The position numbers were made by a program, and so were the translations under genes. The notes beneath the pieces were generated by a model. It searched no databases, was not told where the DNA came from, and worked only from the letters and a program-made list of their open reading frames with translations. A stretch of 64,000 bases of DNA from Ostrea edulis (Eukaryota), in assembly GCF_947568905.1 (NCBI RefSeq), contig NC_079173.1:18414001-18478000 (forward strand), written 5' to 3'. Below are positions 41,415-55,071 of the stretch, one piece after another. Position 1 is the stretch's first letter; each line of letters begins with the position of its first letter.

Positions 41415-42710
41415 GTATACAGGTAATATGAATGTCCTAAAATCAAATTTTGTGGAAAGAGTTTATTATCGTTGCCATTTACATTGTATTGAAAATTACT
41501 TTTGATGTTGTTGTTTTGATTTTTCAAAAATGTTTTAATTGACTTTAAACTGCATTTAAAATGCTTCACATTATATTGGGCTCACGGCGAGTTTGACCGG
41601 TCGACATGGGATGTTTACTCCTCCTAGGCACCTGATTCCACCTCTGGTGTGTCCAGGAGTCCGTGTTTGCCTAACTATCTATTTTGTGTTGCTTATAGGA
41701 GTTATTAGATTTATCGCTGTTCGTTATCTTCACCTTTCATTCATTTGAACAAAATGAAGTTCTGAGTCCAAAGAGCTACACAGTTTAATATAATGTTAGA
41801 AATAGTTTTTGATATTGTTGTTAGTGTTTTCATTTTTCAAAAATGTTTGAATTGACTTTTCTTCAATAAAATGCATTAGAAATGTGTCATGTTGTTTTCA
41901 GCTGTAAAGAAAGTATTTTTAAGTCCAAAGAGTGAAAAACAAGTTTCGTTTATTTACACCTAAATGCTCTATGTCCAAAAACATTTTAACTTTGAAATAA
42001 ATTCAAACTCTTCTCAAATGAAATGTTCTATGTCCATGTTATGATCAAAATTCAACTGTGTCTGTTAATCATTAACAAAAACTAGTGTTTTATTTTAAAT
42101 GAAATATTACAATAAACTTGTTATGAGGTAGATTTTTGTTATTTAGATGGCAATCCATTAGAAAATACACACCTCTGAACGTTGAAATCATTTCCCCAAA
42201 ATTCGAGACAATGCCTATAGAACATTACCATTGACTAGAATATTGAATATGTCTAAAATTGGTACATCAATTGTGTCTAAAACTGAAGCATGATTTTGAA
42301 GAATTCTATCTTTGGAAAGGGTAGTTGAAGGATAAGTACGCTTACCAAAAGTAGAATTAATGCCAAGTTTGTTTAAAATACAGTTGTAATAATGAGCCTT
42401 AAAAGCAAATAAAATTTTGTTACAAGCTTTTTCAGTTAGAACCAAGACACATTTCTCATGTCAGCTATCTAATTCTTTTATTAATTTTGGTTTACCCGAA
42501 AAAAAAAAATAGATTGTACGTACTTTCGTTTGGATGTGCCTTATGCTGGATTTTGATACTCCTTTTATACTTTTGATCCATTCCGACAAGGTATCAAGAG
42601 ATATGTATTCTATCAAAATGACGAGTTATTCTTAAATCCACGAAATACATTGATGAAAATGCTATCAATATAGTTTAATATTGAGTACATCAAATAGTTT
42701 CAAAGTTTAA
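41415..42710 (+). repeat. Local duplication, copy 2
   Basis: See 36785-38375; lacks ~270 bp of the sense PLE piece present in copy 1. Confidence 0.85.
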
Positions 42711-42939
42711 TGTCCTATAATTTAGTATCGGAGATGTACTTGTTACCTGTCGAAGCTACTCGTACAGGTAAATCGAAGATACTGGTGTGAAGTGAAGTGT
42801 AGCGAAACCCGTCCCCTTATACATTGTATACCATGCGAAACTGATACATAGAACGACAGAATATCAAAGTAATATGGCGGATTATCAGAGAAATATGGCG
42901 GATCTATAGAATTGCACTAGATTTATTAATTCATGACAG

Positions 42940-44045
42940 TTTTTACGGCAAACTGACAATTCAACTGTATGACAAACAGGATGAGTTCACCTTCTCCATC
43001 GTTAACTTCCCCTATTTATGTAACAATATTCTAGTATCACCTGCATATGATGTTCATATCTCTCAACTGAAGCAAAATCTTGTTTTTCGTGTGGTCAATT
43101 AGTACAGCAAGGCAAGGTATTGGCGAACAAGGTGATGGTACAGGGGTTACAACAGTCTCGATTGAAGTGAGCATTTCCCAATTTCTATGGTCGTTATAAC
43201 GATCTAGTTCGTCAATACAACCTATCATTGGGTCATATGCTGTCGGACGTGTTTCATGCCGATTGTTAGGCCGTTCTTGGCACACTTATTTTGACTACGG
43301 ATAACTGTGTTTACCTGATTAGGATATAGGGCTCACGGAGAGTGTGACCCGCTTATATGAGTTATGAGATCGATCATTATTCGTTATCTTCACCTTTCCA
43401 ATAAGGAATACAAAAAAAGGAGTTCGACAAATACGGACCCCTGGATATACCAGAGTTGGGATAAGATGGTTAGAAAGAGTAATCATACCTGTGACCGGTC
43501 ACATCCTTACTGAGTCCTATATCTTGATAATGAAAACAGAATAATGGGTAGTTAGAATCAGTGTGTACAAAACACAATTGATACGAAACACGTCAAACAT
43601 TGTTTGACGCAATGACAGGTTGTATTTGCAAACTAGATCATTATAACGACCATATAAATTGCAAAATGTTAACATTAAACAAGACTGTTGAAATTTTGTA
43701 ACGAGCCCGTCTTGCTTTAAAAAAAAATCATAAAGAGAACAGGGTTTTGCGTTCCGAATCAGTTGAGTAGATATGTACACTATTTACAGTTGATGATGGA
43801 CTAGGTGCTACCTGTAAAGTAGATATGGGAAGTTAATGGAGAAGTTCAAATCATACCTTGTTTCATTAGTTTGCCGATAAGATCTATTTTAAATAAAATA
43901 TCTAAGTACGAAGCAGGTGTAGAGTTGTATGTGGTGTTTTTTATTATTTTTTTTTTGTGGATATATCGAATCGATATATGAATGAAAATGATTTTGTTAA
44001 TAGGTAAAACGTGGTTGATGTATCTAAATGTAAAGTTGATAATCT
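42940..44045. mobile_element. Tail-to-tail PLE RT C-terminal relics (sense 42940-43399, antisense 43400-44045)
   Basis: GKLTIQLYDKQDEFTFSIVNFPYLCNNILVSPAYDVHISQL; the two 3' ends abut at ~43400. Confidence 0.75.
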
Positions 44046-45303
44046 AACAACTATAGTTCTAAGAATTTACTGGTCACTATCACCGATGGACGAATTGACT
44101 GTAACCATATCAAGCTAACACATTAAAAAGTCACAATGTAGATATAAAGAGTTTATTATGTACAATATCTCATAAAGAACATGATCCTAATTCCACAAGT
44201 GTCTATGATCTTGGCTCATTAGCGTAGACCTCTGTGGGTGTGACGGATGTACCCACTCCTGGAGTTTGTTTGCCCTTGTACTATACGATTACTCTCCACA
44301 TCCTGCATACACTGATTATATGAGGATAACTGTAGTAGACCACAGGGAGAGGACCTGTTTTGATACACATCCATAGAATGTAATATATTATTTATACGCT
44401 CTGAGTGGCGTTACATTACACATAAATACACACATAAAATTATCTTATTTGCAGATAACATCCTGGACATGTCTTCTGTTTAAGACAATACATTTATACT
44501 TTTGTCTATTGGAAAGACTCCACAAAGACATTGAAGTTTTACATTGCATTTACAGATATTGGACAAAATCTACTTTATGACTATAATACTGCACCATACA
44601 CTGAACACTTGTTTGAATTAGTACCATTTTGAAACGAATGAAAATCACATGCATGGAATTAAGTTAACACTAAGGAACTCGGTAACTGGATGTTTTAGGA
44701 CAGTTAAAATAACATAAAACAATACACAAGCTGCTGAGTAGTAAATAAAACACCTTACCTCAGAAAAGCTGGATCATATGCTGTATCATGTATACGACAT
44801 GCATAGAATCGGAAAAGGTTTGTTGATCAATATAAACTGATATGCAGAGAAGTATGAAAACGTCAATCCTACTAGACTGCCGTGTCCAAACTGAATTCCG
44901 CACAGGTTGGTTGTTTAAAGTCCAATCAAGTTAGGTTCCAATTAGGGCACAGTAAAAAGAGGTTCCAAAAAGGAGAATTTAATGCGACAGTCACTTTTCA
45001 ACATTGGTTCACGTTATAGGGCAAATTTGATTATAAGGTGTTGCCACCCGTGCATATATTTAAACTTTAAGTTGGTAAATTGTTTTGAGTCAATGCGGAA
45101 TTAGAAACCAAAATTAGCCAAACACTAATGCGCTTGTTTTTCGAAACATTTGAGGAACGTAGATATCATACCCAAGTGATAGTGGGATATTTCTATATAC
45201 ATATAGGAATTTGATGGTGACGGGCCTTAATTTTTCTTAGCTGCCGTAAACCTTATGTGTTCGTTTACCATTAACATCCCAAATCAATAAAAAGAGAGAT
45301 TCA

Positions 45304-48300
45304 ATACAGACAACAATCATAGTATTTTTCTCGAAGTTCTCATGGAAATTCGAAGTATAACAATTTCACACTCTTCTTTTAAGAAAAAAGAAAGAGACAG
45401 GCTTGAAAAAAAATTACTGGAAGAGATTGAAATCATAGAGTCGGACTATAACATTAATTTTAAACTTTTAGAGGAAAAAAAGGTTGAACTTGAAATTGTA
45501 AGGAAGGAAAAATTATAAGGTCACATCATTAGATCGCGGGCTAAATGGGTAGAAGAAGGGGAAAAACCTAGTAAATATTTCTGTTCTTTAGAATCCCGTA
45601 ATTTTTTAAACAAAACTATCAAAAAAGTAGAAACACATAAAGATCAGGTCATATATGACCAAGCGGATAGTCTTCATCATGTCAAAGATTTTTATGAAAC
45701 TCTTTACACATGTAAAGATTCAGATCTCTTAGATATAAATTTGGAAGATATCATAAATGTCTCGGACACCCCTAGGTTAGACAAGACAGCTTCAAACTCT
45801 TTGGATGACAAGATATCTGAAAGTGAAATATATACAGTTCTTAAAAATATGAAAAATAATAAATCACCAGGAAGTGATGGCTCCACCGTAGAATTTTTTA
45901 AATTGTTTTGGAAGGACCTCAAAAACCACATTGTATCAGCTGTTAATCATATTTTTGAGAAAAAGGAAATCCCTTTATCACAAAGACTGGGGATTATTAC
46001 ATGTTTGCCAAAAGATGACAAAGCCAGACAATTTCTGAAAAACTGACGTTCAATTACTCTTCCAAATGTGCTTTATAAACTTATATCGGGGTGTCTCAGT
46101 TATAGAATAAAATCTACCTTAGATTATTTGATATCGGAAACTCAGTCTGGGTTTATAAAAGGCAGGTACATAGGAGAAAACAGTAGGTATGTGTATGATC
46201 TCATGTCTTTCACTGAATCCAGCAACACACCAGGTTTACTTGTACTGATAGATTTTGAATTTTATATATAAGGTTTTAAGTTATTTTGGTTTTGGGGATT
46301 GCATAATTACTTGGATAAAAACCTTAAATACAAATATTAAAACATCTGTATTACAAAGTGGTTTCCAATCAGAGCAATTTGATATATAGAGAGGCTGTAG
46401 ACAAGGCGACCTTATTCCTCCTTATTTATTTATTCTTTGTGCAGAAATTTTAGCTATTCTTGTGAAACAGAATACAGATATCAAAGGTATAATAGTGAAT
46501 GGTAACGAACACAAAATTTCCCAATATGCTGACGACACAACTTTGGCTCTTGATGGTTCACCAAAATCTCTTTTTGCTGCACTTGACACTATAGATTACT
46601 AATCAAGTTTCTCTGGATTAAAAATAAACAGCTCAAAAACAAAAATTGTTTGGATAGGCTCTGAAAAATTCTCTAGTCAAGTATATCACCACACAAGATG
46701 GAAACTAGAGTGGGGATGCACTACTTTCAACTTACTAGGAATAGAATTTTCTGTGGATATGAAAAAAAAATAGTCGATTTAAATTATAATATTCAGATAC
46801 CAAAAATTAAAGCGTTGATACGCCAGTGGAATAGAAGAATACTCACCCCCATTGGTCGAGTCACAGTCACCAAATCACTGATTTTACCTAAGCTAAACCA
46901 TCTGTTTATTACACTACCAAATCCTGATAAAGATATCTTGTCTTTTCTGAATAACTGTTTTTTTTTTAAATTATATGGAATTCAAAGATTGACAAGGTCA
47001 AGAGACAAATTGTCACCTAAGATTACTTAAAAGGTTGCGTGAAAATGGTTGAGGTGAACAATTTTATAATGTCTTTAAAATGTTTTTGGATTAAAACATT
47101 AACAAACAGTCACAAACCATGGGTGGATATTCTTTGGCAGTACATGGCAGTGAGGTGGTAAAAAATGTGATATATTTTGGAGATGAATATATTTATACTA
47201 TTATAAACCATAGCAATGATTTTTGGCGTGATGTTTTTCAATCATGGTTAGCAATGATTCGAGAAATGGATGAAAAGTATTTCATGCAAAAACTCAGTTC
47301 TATTCCAGTATGGCATAACACAAATATGTGTGTTGGTAATAAAGACATTTATGTTAAAACATGGTATCAACATGGTGTGAAAATAATTGGAGACTTTTTA
47401 GATAAATATGGAATTCTTTTATTACTACAAGATTTTTCACAAAAATTTAGACTAGCAAATGTATGTACAATGCAATACAACAGTATTACCAGTACTATAT
47501 CTAAGTTTTTAAAGACTTTGTCTGTAAAGAGATCAGATGTTAAAGAAAATTGTATACCATTTATTCCTTTTTACTTTGAATTTATACTGTTGAATGATAA
47601 ATGTTCCAGAGTGTTATATGATATGATAAGTAGTAATGATCTCATACCCAAATCAATTCAAAAATGGAACACTGAATTATCTGTCCACTTGATTGGCACG
47701 CTGTTTTTGGCTATATTTAGATCTAAAACTTTCGGTTGAGTATCACTTAAGAGACATTATTTGTCGAAATGCGCATCTGGTGCGTCAAAATTGGTACCGT
47801 ACAAGTTTTACATTTAGAAGGCAATGTTTCTGTCAAAGAGCTGTTTAAAGTTTGTTTTAAAACAAGTACTGATACCCAAGTTCAGTGGTTGCAGTACCGA
47901 ATTCTTTACCAGCTTCTTCCTACGAAATATTACCCCAAGAAAATCAGTATAATTTCAAATGACTGTTGTTCGTTTTGTAAAGAAAATGTAGAAACAATGC
48001 AACATATCTTTATGTCTTGTTCTTATACTTTAGCACTGTGGAATAATCTTTCCATGCATATTTTCAGAAAAAAAACATAAAAAAGAATTGGTTTTAATGT
48101 TAGTAATGTTATTTTGGGTGAAACACCTCTCAGTTTGTGTAATAAAGTTGTTAATTTCATAATTATGTATACCAAACAATATGTTTTCAATTGTTCAAAA
48201 CAAAACAAAATTCCTCATATCACTGGGCTGATATATTATCTTTCTTTCAAATACAAAGTTGAAAATTTTGTAGCAATTAAATCATGTGAAGTTTTGAAAT

Positions 48301-48487
48301 TTGACAGACTTTGGGAAAACTGGAACATTATTTTTGATCTGTAACCTAGAATAAGAAGTATTCAACCAATAATGCTGAACTAGTAGTGTGAAAGATTGTG
48401 AGAATGTATAAAATGATTAATATGTATCTTCATAACTATTACTGATGATTATGTGAATATGGAAAAAAAAATAAATTATAATAAAAA
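45304..48487 (+). mobile_element. 5'-truncated L1/Tx1-clade LINE (ORF2 RT + C-terminal cysteine finger), disrupted
   Basis: IRSRAKWVEEGEKPSKYF; NNKSPGSDG..VEFFKLFW; QSGFIKGRYIGEN; IDFE; YADDT; CSFCKENVETMQHIFMSC; A-rich tail; 15-bp TSD AAAAAGAGAGATTCA at 45289-45303 and 48488-48502. Confidence 0.93.
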
Positions 48488-48589
48488 AAAAAGAGAGATT
48501 CAGATATAAATCACAGATAGAGGAGTGTGTTAAAAATTATGTAATGCTTTTAGATCGAGTTGACTGGGTACTTTCTGATCAATATAAAA

Positions 48590-49057
48590 CGTATACGGTA
48601 CCAATTAAATATACATCCGTATTTTTAAGCTAATAGCGAAGTACTTAAATACTGGGCTGTATAGAACCTCGGGGACTAACAGTCCACCAGCAGAGGCCTC
48701 GACCCAGGGGTCATAATGTAAAATTTATACGGTACCAATTTTGATGCACCAGATGCGCATTTCGACAAATAATGTCTCTCCAGTGATGATACTCAACTGA
48801 AATGTTTGAAATCCGAAATAACAATGAAGTTTTAGAGCTATTATAGCCAAAAACAGCGTGCCCAAAAAGTGGAGTCAAATTCGTCTAAGGATAAGAGCTA
48901 TGCATGAGGGAGATAATCCTTAATTTTGAAATGAATTTCTAAATTTTATAACAGCAATTAAATATGCTTCCGTATTTTCAAACTAGTAACGAAGTACTTA
49001 GCTACTGGGCTGTAGAGACCCTCGGGGACTAACAGTCCACCAGCAGAGGCCTCGACC
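48590..49057 (-). repeat. ~350-bp repeat family, ~1.3 tandem units
   Basis: 48603-48715 is repeated at 48956-49057 (offset 353 bp); reverse complement of 39482-39803. Confidence 0.8.
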
Positions 49058-49227
49058 AAATGGAAAATATAATTTTTAGAATATAGACAAGCCATTCATG
49101 ATAGATTTAAACTACTTGTTTACTGCAAATAGCATGCATTTGCGTATTGAATCATTTTAGAAAATTATATATTTCATCCTTTGAGCGTTGATCAATTAAG
49201 ATTAATCAGGAAATATTTTTCATTCAG

Positions 49228-49299
49228 AAACTTGGGTAACAATGACATAACAACGTTACCAAATGGAATCTTTGATGCATTGACGAAGCTACAGAAACT
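49228..49299 (+). CDS. LRR exon B (72 nt, phase 2-2)
   Basis: TTTTCATTCAG|A AAC TTG GGT AAC AAT GAC ATA ACA ACG TTA CCA AAT GGA ATC TTT GAT GCA TTG ACG AAG CTA CAG AAA CT|GTAAGT = NLGNNDITTLPNGIFDALTKLQKL. Confidence 0.92.
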
Positions 49300-49344
49300 G
49301 TAAGTATATATGTATACATAACAATTATTTGTATGCAGAGGAAT

Positions 49345-49990
49345 TGAAGAAAATAGACAATGTTGAACAGTGTTGAATCTTATATCTGCATGTATTATAA
49401 GCAATGTAAAATTAAGAATTGGAGAAACATGGACCCCTGGGTAAACCAGACATGGGAACAGGTGTTTAAGAAGGGTAAGCATTCCCTATTGACCGACTAA
49501 GTATCCCCTGTCGACCGGTCACATCCACCATGAGCCCTATAATCGGAGTGATCCGTAGTCAACGTTAATGTGTAAAGAATGGCCTAACAATTAGTATGGA
49601 ACATATTAGACATAATTTGACTCAACGACAGGTTGTACTGGTAAGTTAGATCGTTGTAACGAGCATATATTTTGCGAAATGTTGACTTTAATCGAGACTG
49701 TTGAGACTCCTGCAATATAAACTTTTTTTTGAGGATTTTGCCTCGATTAAAAAAAAATATCATAAGCATAGCAATTCAGGCACATACATACCTAATAAAA
49801 GTGATAATTGAATACTGCTAAATAGATATAAATCAAGGTTAACGATGGAGAAGCTGAAGTCATCGTGTTTTTCATCAGGTTGAGTGCCTAGTTTCCTTTT
49901 AAAATGTATGTTCAATAACATTTCTAAGTACGATACAGAAATAGAAGGCTATATGGTTTCTTTTATTTCGACTTCACAATATATCGAAAT
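49345..49990 (-). mobile_element. PLE 3'/RT C-terminal relic
   Basis: ORF 49584..49769(-): LQESQQSRLKSTFRKIYARYNDLTYQYNLSLSQIMSNMFHTNC. Confidence 0.75.
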
Positions 49991-50668
49991 GACTATTTGA
50001 AGGCCAGGAAAGATGTTATTTGTCATGTAGAATCCTTTGAATAAATTCTACTTCATGAGAATATAAAACAGATCAGCTAACAAAGGAGCATAATTCGTGT
50101 CCATTTGAATTCTAACAGACCGTTAGAAGACCTGGTCACCAAAGACTACGGATATATATTTTTAGTGAGAACATCCAACATCTTTTTAAAATCAACTTCA
50201 GAGTACGTGTTTGCCTAGTCAGGGTGCTGTTGAACAAAATGATTTCTTGATTGACTGATCAATAGAGATTAATATTTCTCTTTTCCATACGATATGTGTA
50301 ACAAAATAAAATCAATATCGATGTTTTACATCACACAGAGGATGCTTACTCTTCCTAGGCACCTTATTCCACCTCTGGTGTGTCCAGGGTCCGTGTTTGC
50401 CCAACTGTCTATTTTGTATTGCTTTGGTAGGTCAAATTTTAAAACAATTCTCTATACAATGTATCCCAGACTGTGCATCTTTTTTTTCTCCATTATATTC
50501 CCCCAACAGAGTTTGGGAACACACTGTTTTACTCTGTTTCTTCTTATTATTATTATCATTATTATTATGTTCCCGAACTAAGTTTGGGAACATTTTTTAC
50601 TCTGTTTCTTATTATTATCACACAAAGTTTTGGAACATATTGTTTTTACTCTCTTTCTTATTAAGGTC

Positions 50669-52245
50669 TTATTAAGGTCTTCCGTTTCCAAATGAAGACC
50701 TTTTTTCTTATTCTTATGTTTCTTGTCCTCTTTTTTGTCATTATTATTATTATTGTTATTATTGTTTTTTCCCGATTTTGTGCACGCCATTTCTTGGAAA
50801 TAACCTGACAGATTTTTATCAAACTTTCAGGAAAGATGCACCATAAAATGAACTAAATTCCTTTTCTTTTTTCGATATTTACTTCCGGTCGTTAATTATG
50901 TCCAATATATCAGTGATGATATATCTCGACTTCAAGTTGTGACATACGCATATCATTTATTCGGCCGTCAATTTCGCTCGTCACCGGAAGTGAACGAAGA
51001 AAACGTCAAATTCAAAATTATGCGTCTAAAACGACACTGGCATGGTATGATTAGGTCTCTTTAATAGTTTCAGAAAATGTGATACTTGCCGGAAAAACAC
51101 TTACTGTTAAAAAAAGTAACTTCCGCGTTATGGAGAGAAATGTTGAAAAATTGGTCTTTCTTTGTCACTATATATCTCGCTAATAAATCAAGTCTTTGAT
51201 TTGATTTTCACATATATTATTGACATTATCTATTTCTAGAGTAACGTCCATTTTTTTTCCAAAATGTTTCTTCAATACGTGAGATATGTCCGATTTTCGA
51301 TTTTAAAAAGAGATTTTGTCAAGGCGTTTTGTCATAAACGTTCAAATATTTCACTTTTAGAGATAATAGATCTTGACAGATGTGACATACACATATAATT
51401 ATTTTGGCCGTCACTTCCGATCGTCATCGGAAGTGAACAAAGAAAACGTCAAATTTCAAAACTCTGTGCTTGAGACGAAATTGGCATGATGAAATAAGGT
51501 TTCTTTTATAGTTTCAAAAGTGCAATACTTACCGGAAGTTAAAACAGCAACTTCCGGTTTATTGAGAAAAACTTCAAAAAATGGTTATTTCTTTGTCCTC
51601 ATAAATCACGCTTGTAAATCATGTGTTTAATATGATTTTCACATATATTATTAACATTATCCATTTTAAGATCACCGTCAATTTGTTTTTCAAAATTCAC
51701 TGTCATTTGTGAGATATGTCCAATATTTGTTAATATTTTCTGCGGCTATTTTCTCGTAAACGGTCTAATATTGAGTCTTGAACATTTCAGGGTTGTTAAA
51801 TGGTGACTTGTATACGTAACATACGAGTTTAACTTACGTTTCCGTCAATTCGGTCGTCCACCGGAAGTAGCTTAAATATGTAATTTTTCATTTTTTTCAT
51901 TTCCAATGCTCATAATATCGTCTAGTAGAGTATAACAAGTCATATTATTTCAAACGTAAGTTGATTATTAGAAACCGGAATTTGTCCAAAAATTCTGTAT
52001 TTTTCATCAAGACTTTTAGTGGGGATTTCTGCACGCTCAATGTGGACTTTTTAGTCGTTTTATGGACTTCAGAGATACCGGAAGTGAATGAAATAAAACG
52101 TATGTTGTTTATCATTGACAAATAATATCTTTTATTTGTTTATCGCTCTATTTTTAATAATGTAGATATTTATTCCTTTCATATCAAGTCAATCTTCACT
52201 AATTGAATTATTCCAGTTAATATCCTGTCTCGTCAGAAATTGGAT

Positions 52246-52277
<32 letters not shown>

Positions 52278-52285
52278 AGTGTAGT
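50669..52285 (+). mobile_element. Helentron-like non-autonomous element (HINE), nested in another HINE
   Basis: 5' AAGGTCTTCC with hairpin GTCTTCCGTTTCCAAATGAAGAC, (ATT)n tract, internal ~440-bp CCGGAAGT-bearing repeats, 3' subTIR GGAAGACCT (52246-54) and hairpin CTCGTTGCTCGCAACGAG (52256-73). Confidence 0.75.
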
Positions 52286-52805
52286 TATTATTATTATTTT
52301 TCTCCGGTACTTTTGTGTCTGGGAGTGTTCCCAGAAACTGCAAAAGGTATTGATATGAAACTTTCAAGGGTGGTAGTATGGTGTTTGTAAATGTGCAGAA
52401 CGATAGTCATTTTGTTCGCACATGCATGCACGCACACGCACGTGCATTATAATTTGGGTATAAAAATTGGAAAATCAGAATATACAAGGGATCGATATGA
52501 AACCTTTATAGGATGATAGTATATCATTTGTAGATGTGAAAAACGATTTTCGTACTCTAACTTTGTAACCAGTCTCACTTTTTGTTGTTCGTGGAAATGG
52601 TTTGAAATCCATGTCTTAGGTAGGTATTGATATCCTTAACTGATCTAAATGGTCACAATTACCAATCTGCATGCACTTGCACGTGCGCTTCATTTTGATT
52701 GGATAATACTAAAATGTCTGTAACTCCCTTATGAATGATGCGAATTATTTGATATTCACAGCATAGGTAGATAATATGTGTATCTATATATTGGCGTAAT
52801 AAAAG

Positions 52806-53070
52806 ATTGGGTCCAATGCTGTCTGACGTGTTTCATGCCGACTGTTAGGCCGTTCTTGGCACACTGTTTTTGACTACGGATAATTCCGTTTACCTGATCA
52901 AGATATAGGGCTCACGGTGGGTGTGACCGATCGACAGGGGGTAGTTACTCTTCCTATGCACCCGATCCCACCTCTGGTATATCCAGGGATCCGTGTTTGC
53001 CCAACTCTCTGCTTTGTATTGCTTATAGGAGTTATGAGATTGATCACTTTTCGTTGTCTTCGCCTTTCAT
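52806..53070 (+). mobile_element. PLE 3' fragment
   Basis: TGCTGTCTGACGTGTTTCATGCCGACTGTTAG...TTTCGTTGTCTTCGCCTTTCA. Confidence 0.75.
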
Positions 53071-53521
53071 TCTTTGTTATTTTGAGGCGGTGCTCAATTG
53101 CAATCCAAATAGATCATAAGCAAAAATTGCGCTAATGAAATGAATCAACTGAGAGACACAGGTACGGTAAATAGGTGATAATTAAATATCGCTACATAGA
53201 TATAGGAACTGATGATAGAGAACGTGAAAATATCCCATTTGCCATAAAGGATATCAGTTCAATTACCATCAACGTCTCCGTTCTGTAAAGAAGAAATATC
53301 TAAATATAGAATAACATCTCTGTGGTGTTTTATTTTGGAATTCACTGGGTTATTTTCTATTCAATATATGTATGAAAATTATATTTGTTAGAAAATAAAT
53401 AAATGGTGGCCGATGGACCTAATTCCCATGTTTAAAGCCATACTTATGCGCTCGTGTATTAAATCAGTTTACAGAATAATATATTTCATCATTGTAGTGT
53501 TGATCAATGAAACTTAATTAG

Positions 53522-53576
53522 TACATAAAACGTTAAAGAATGGAATCATCGGTACACTGACGAAACTATGGATATT
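53522..53576 (+). pseudogene. Degenerate LRR cassette exon (acceptor and 5' part deleted)
   Basis: GTGTTGATCAATGAAACTTAATTAG-TACATAAA ACG TTA AAG AAT GGA ATC ATC GGT ACA CTG ACG AAA CTA TGG ATA TT|GTAAGG = TLKNGIIGTLTKLWIL; only 55 nt from the nearest AG, so not frame-preserving. Confidence 0.75.
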
Positions 53577-54035
53577 GTAAGGATATCTATATAGATACCG
53601 ATTATTTGTATGACAATTAAATATTGTCGATGAGAGTAATTGTACGAAAAGTGTTAATTTGAAATTGGTCTTGATTTGTGTTACTTTACCCAATGAAAGG
53701 TGAAAACAAAGAACAGTGATATATCTTATAATGAATGATGCAAAATTATTTCAGTTGCTCATACAAATTCAATTGTCCGAAGAAATTATTCTATCTGATC
53801 TCTCATAAAATTGATCACTGTCCGTTATCCTCGCCCTTCAATGTTTCAGATGTTATTTTGAGGCAGTGCAAATTTACAATCCAAATTGATCAGAAGAAAA
53901 AACAAATGCACTAGTAAAATGAATCAGTTGGAATACATCGGTACGATAACTACGTGATGATGGAATATCGCTACATAGATATTTGAACTAATGATGGATA
54001 ACCTGGAATTATCCCATTTGCCATAAAATGTAAGT

Positions 54036-54790
54036 AAGGTGAAGATAACGAACAGTGATCAATTTCATAACTCCTATAAGCAATACAAAATAGATAGTTG
54101 GGCAAACACGGACTCCTGGACACACCGGAGGTGAGATCAGGTGCCTAGGAGGAGTACGCATCCACTGTTGACCGGTCACACCCGCCGTGAGCCCTATATC
54201 CTGATCAGGTAAACGGAGTTATCCGCAGTCAAAATCAGTGTGCCAAGAACGGCTTAACAATCAGTATGAAACACGTCAGACAGCATTTGACCCAATGCCA
54301 GGTTGTACTGACGAACTAGATCGTTATAACGACCATAGAATTTGCAAAATGCTGACTTCAATCGAGACTGTTGAAATCCCTGTACCATCAACTTGCTTGT
54401 CAGTAGCTTAACTCGATTTAAAAACTGACTATACGCAGAACAAGCTATTGCATATCGAATCAGTTGAGATATATAAACACCATATGCAGGTGATAATGGA
54501 ATATTGCTACATAAATATGGGAAGATGACGATGGAGAAGCAGAAATCATCCCGTTTGTCATACAGTTGAGTTGTCAGTTTCCCGTTAATGTTTACTTTCA
54601 ATAAAATATCTAAGTATGAAACAGAAGTGGACGACTCTGTGGTGTCCTTTATTTCCAGCTTACAGGGAGATATCAAATCGACATATGAATGAAAGCTATC
54701 ATTGCTAATAAACAAAACGTCATCGATATATCTAAAAGTCGAATTGAAGGTCACAGCGAGAGATTTTTTCTTCTCAAATAAAAGTTTTTG
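54036..54790 (-). mobile_element. Well-preserved PLE RT 3' half (open frame through YIDD to the stop)
   Basis: IQKLLFEKKKSLAVTFNSTFRYIDDVL...SYLDILLKVNINGKLTTQLYDKRDDF...QLIRYAIACS...YNDLVRQYNLALGQMLSDVFHTDC* within ORF 54254..54955. Confidence 0.9.
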
Positions 54791-55071
54791 AATTAATTGA
54801 ATAAATATAAGTTCATTTACCATTAACTTCTCCATTCTGTAAATAAAAAGATCTAAATATAAAACAACATCTCTGTGTTCTTTTATTTTGGAGTTGACCT
54901 GGTTATTTCTATTGAATATATGTATAGAAATTATATTTGTTAGAAAATACATCAACCTTGGTTGATGGATCTAATTCCCATATTTAAATTCATACTTATG
55001 CGCTCGTGCATTAAATCAGTGTACCGAATAATATATTTCATCATTATAGTGTTGATCAATTAAGCTTAATA

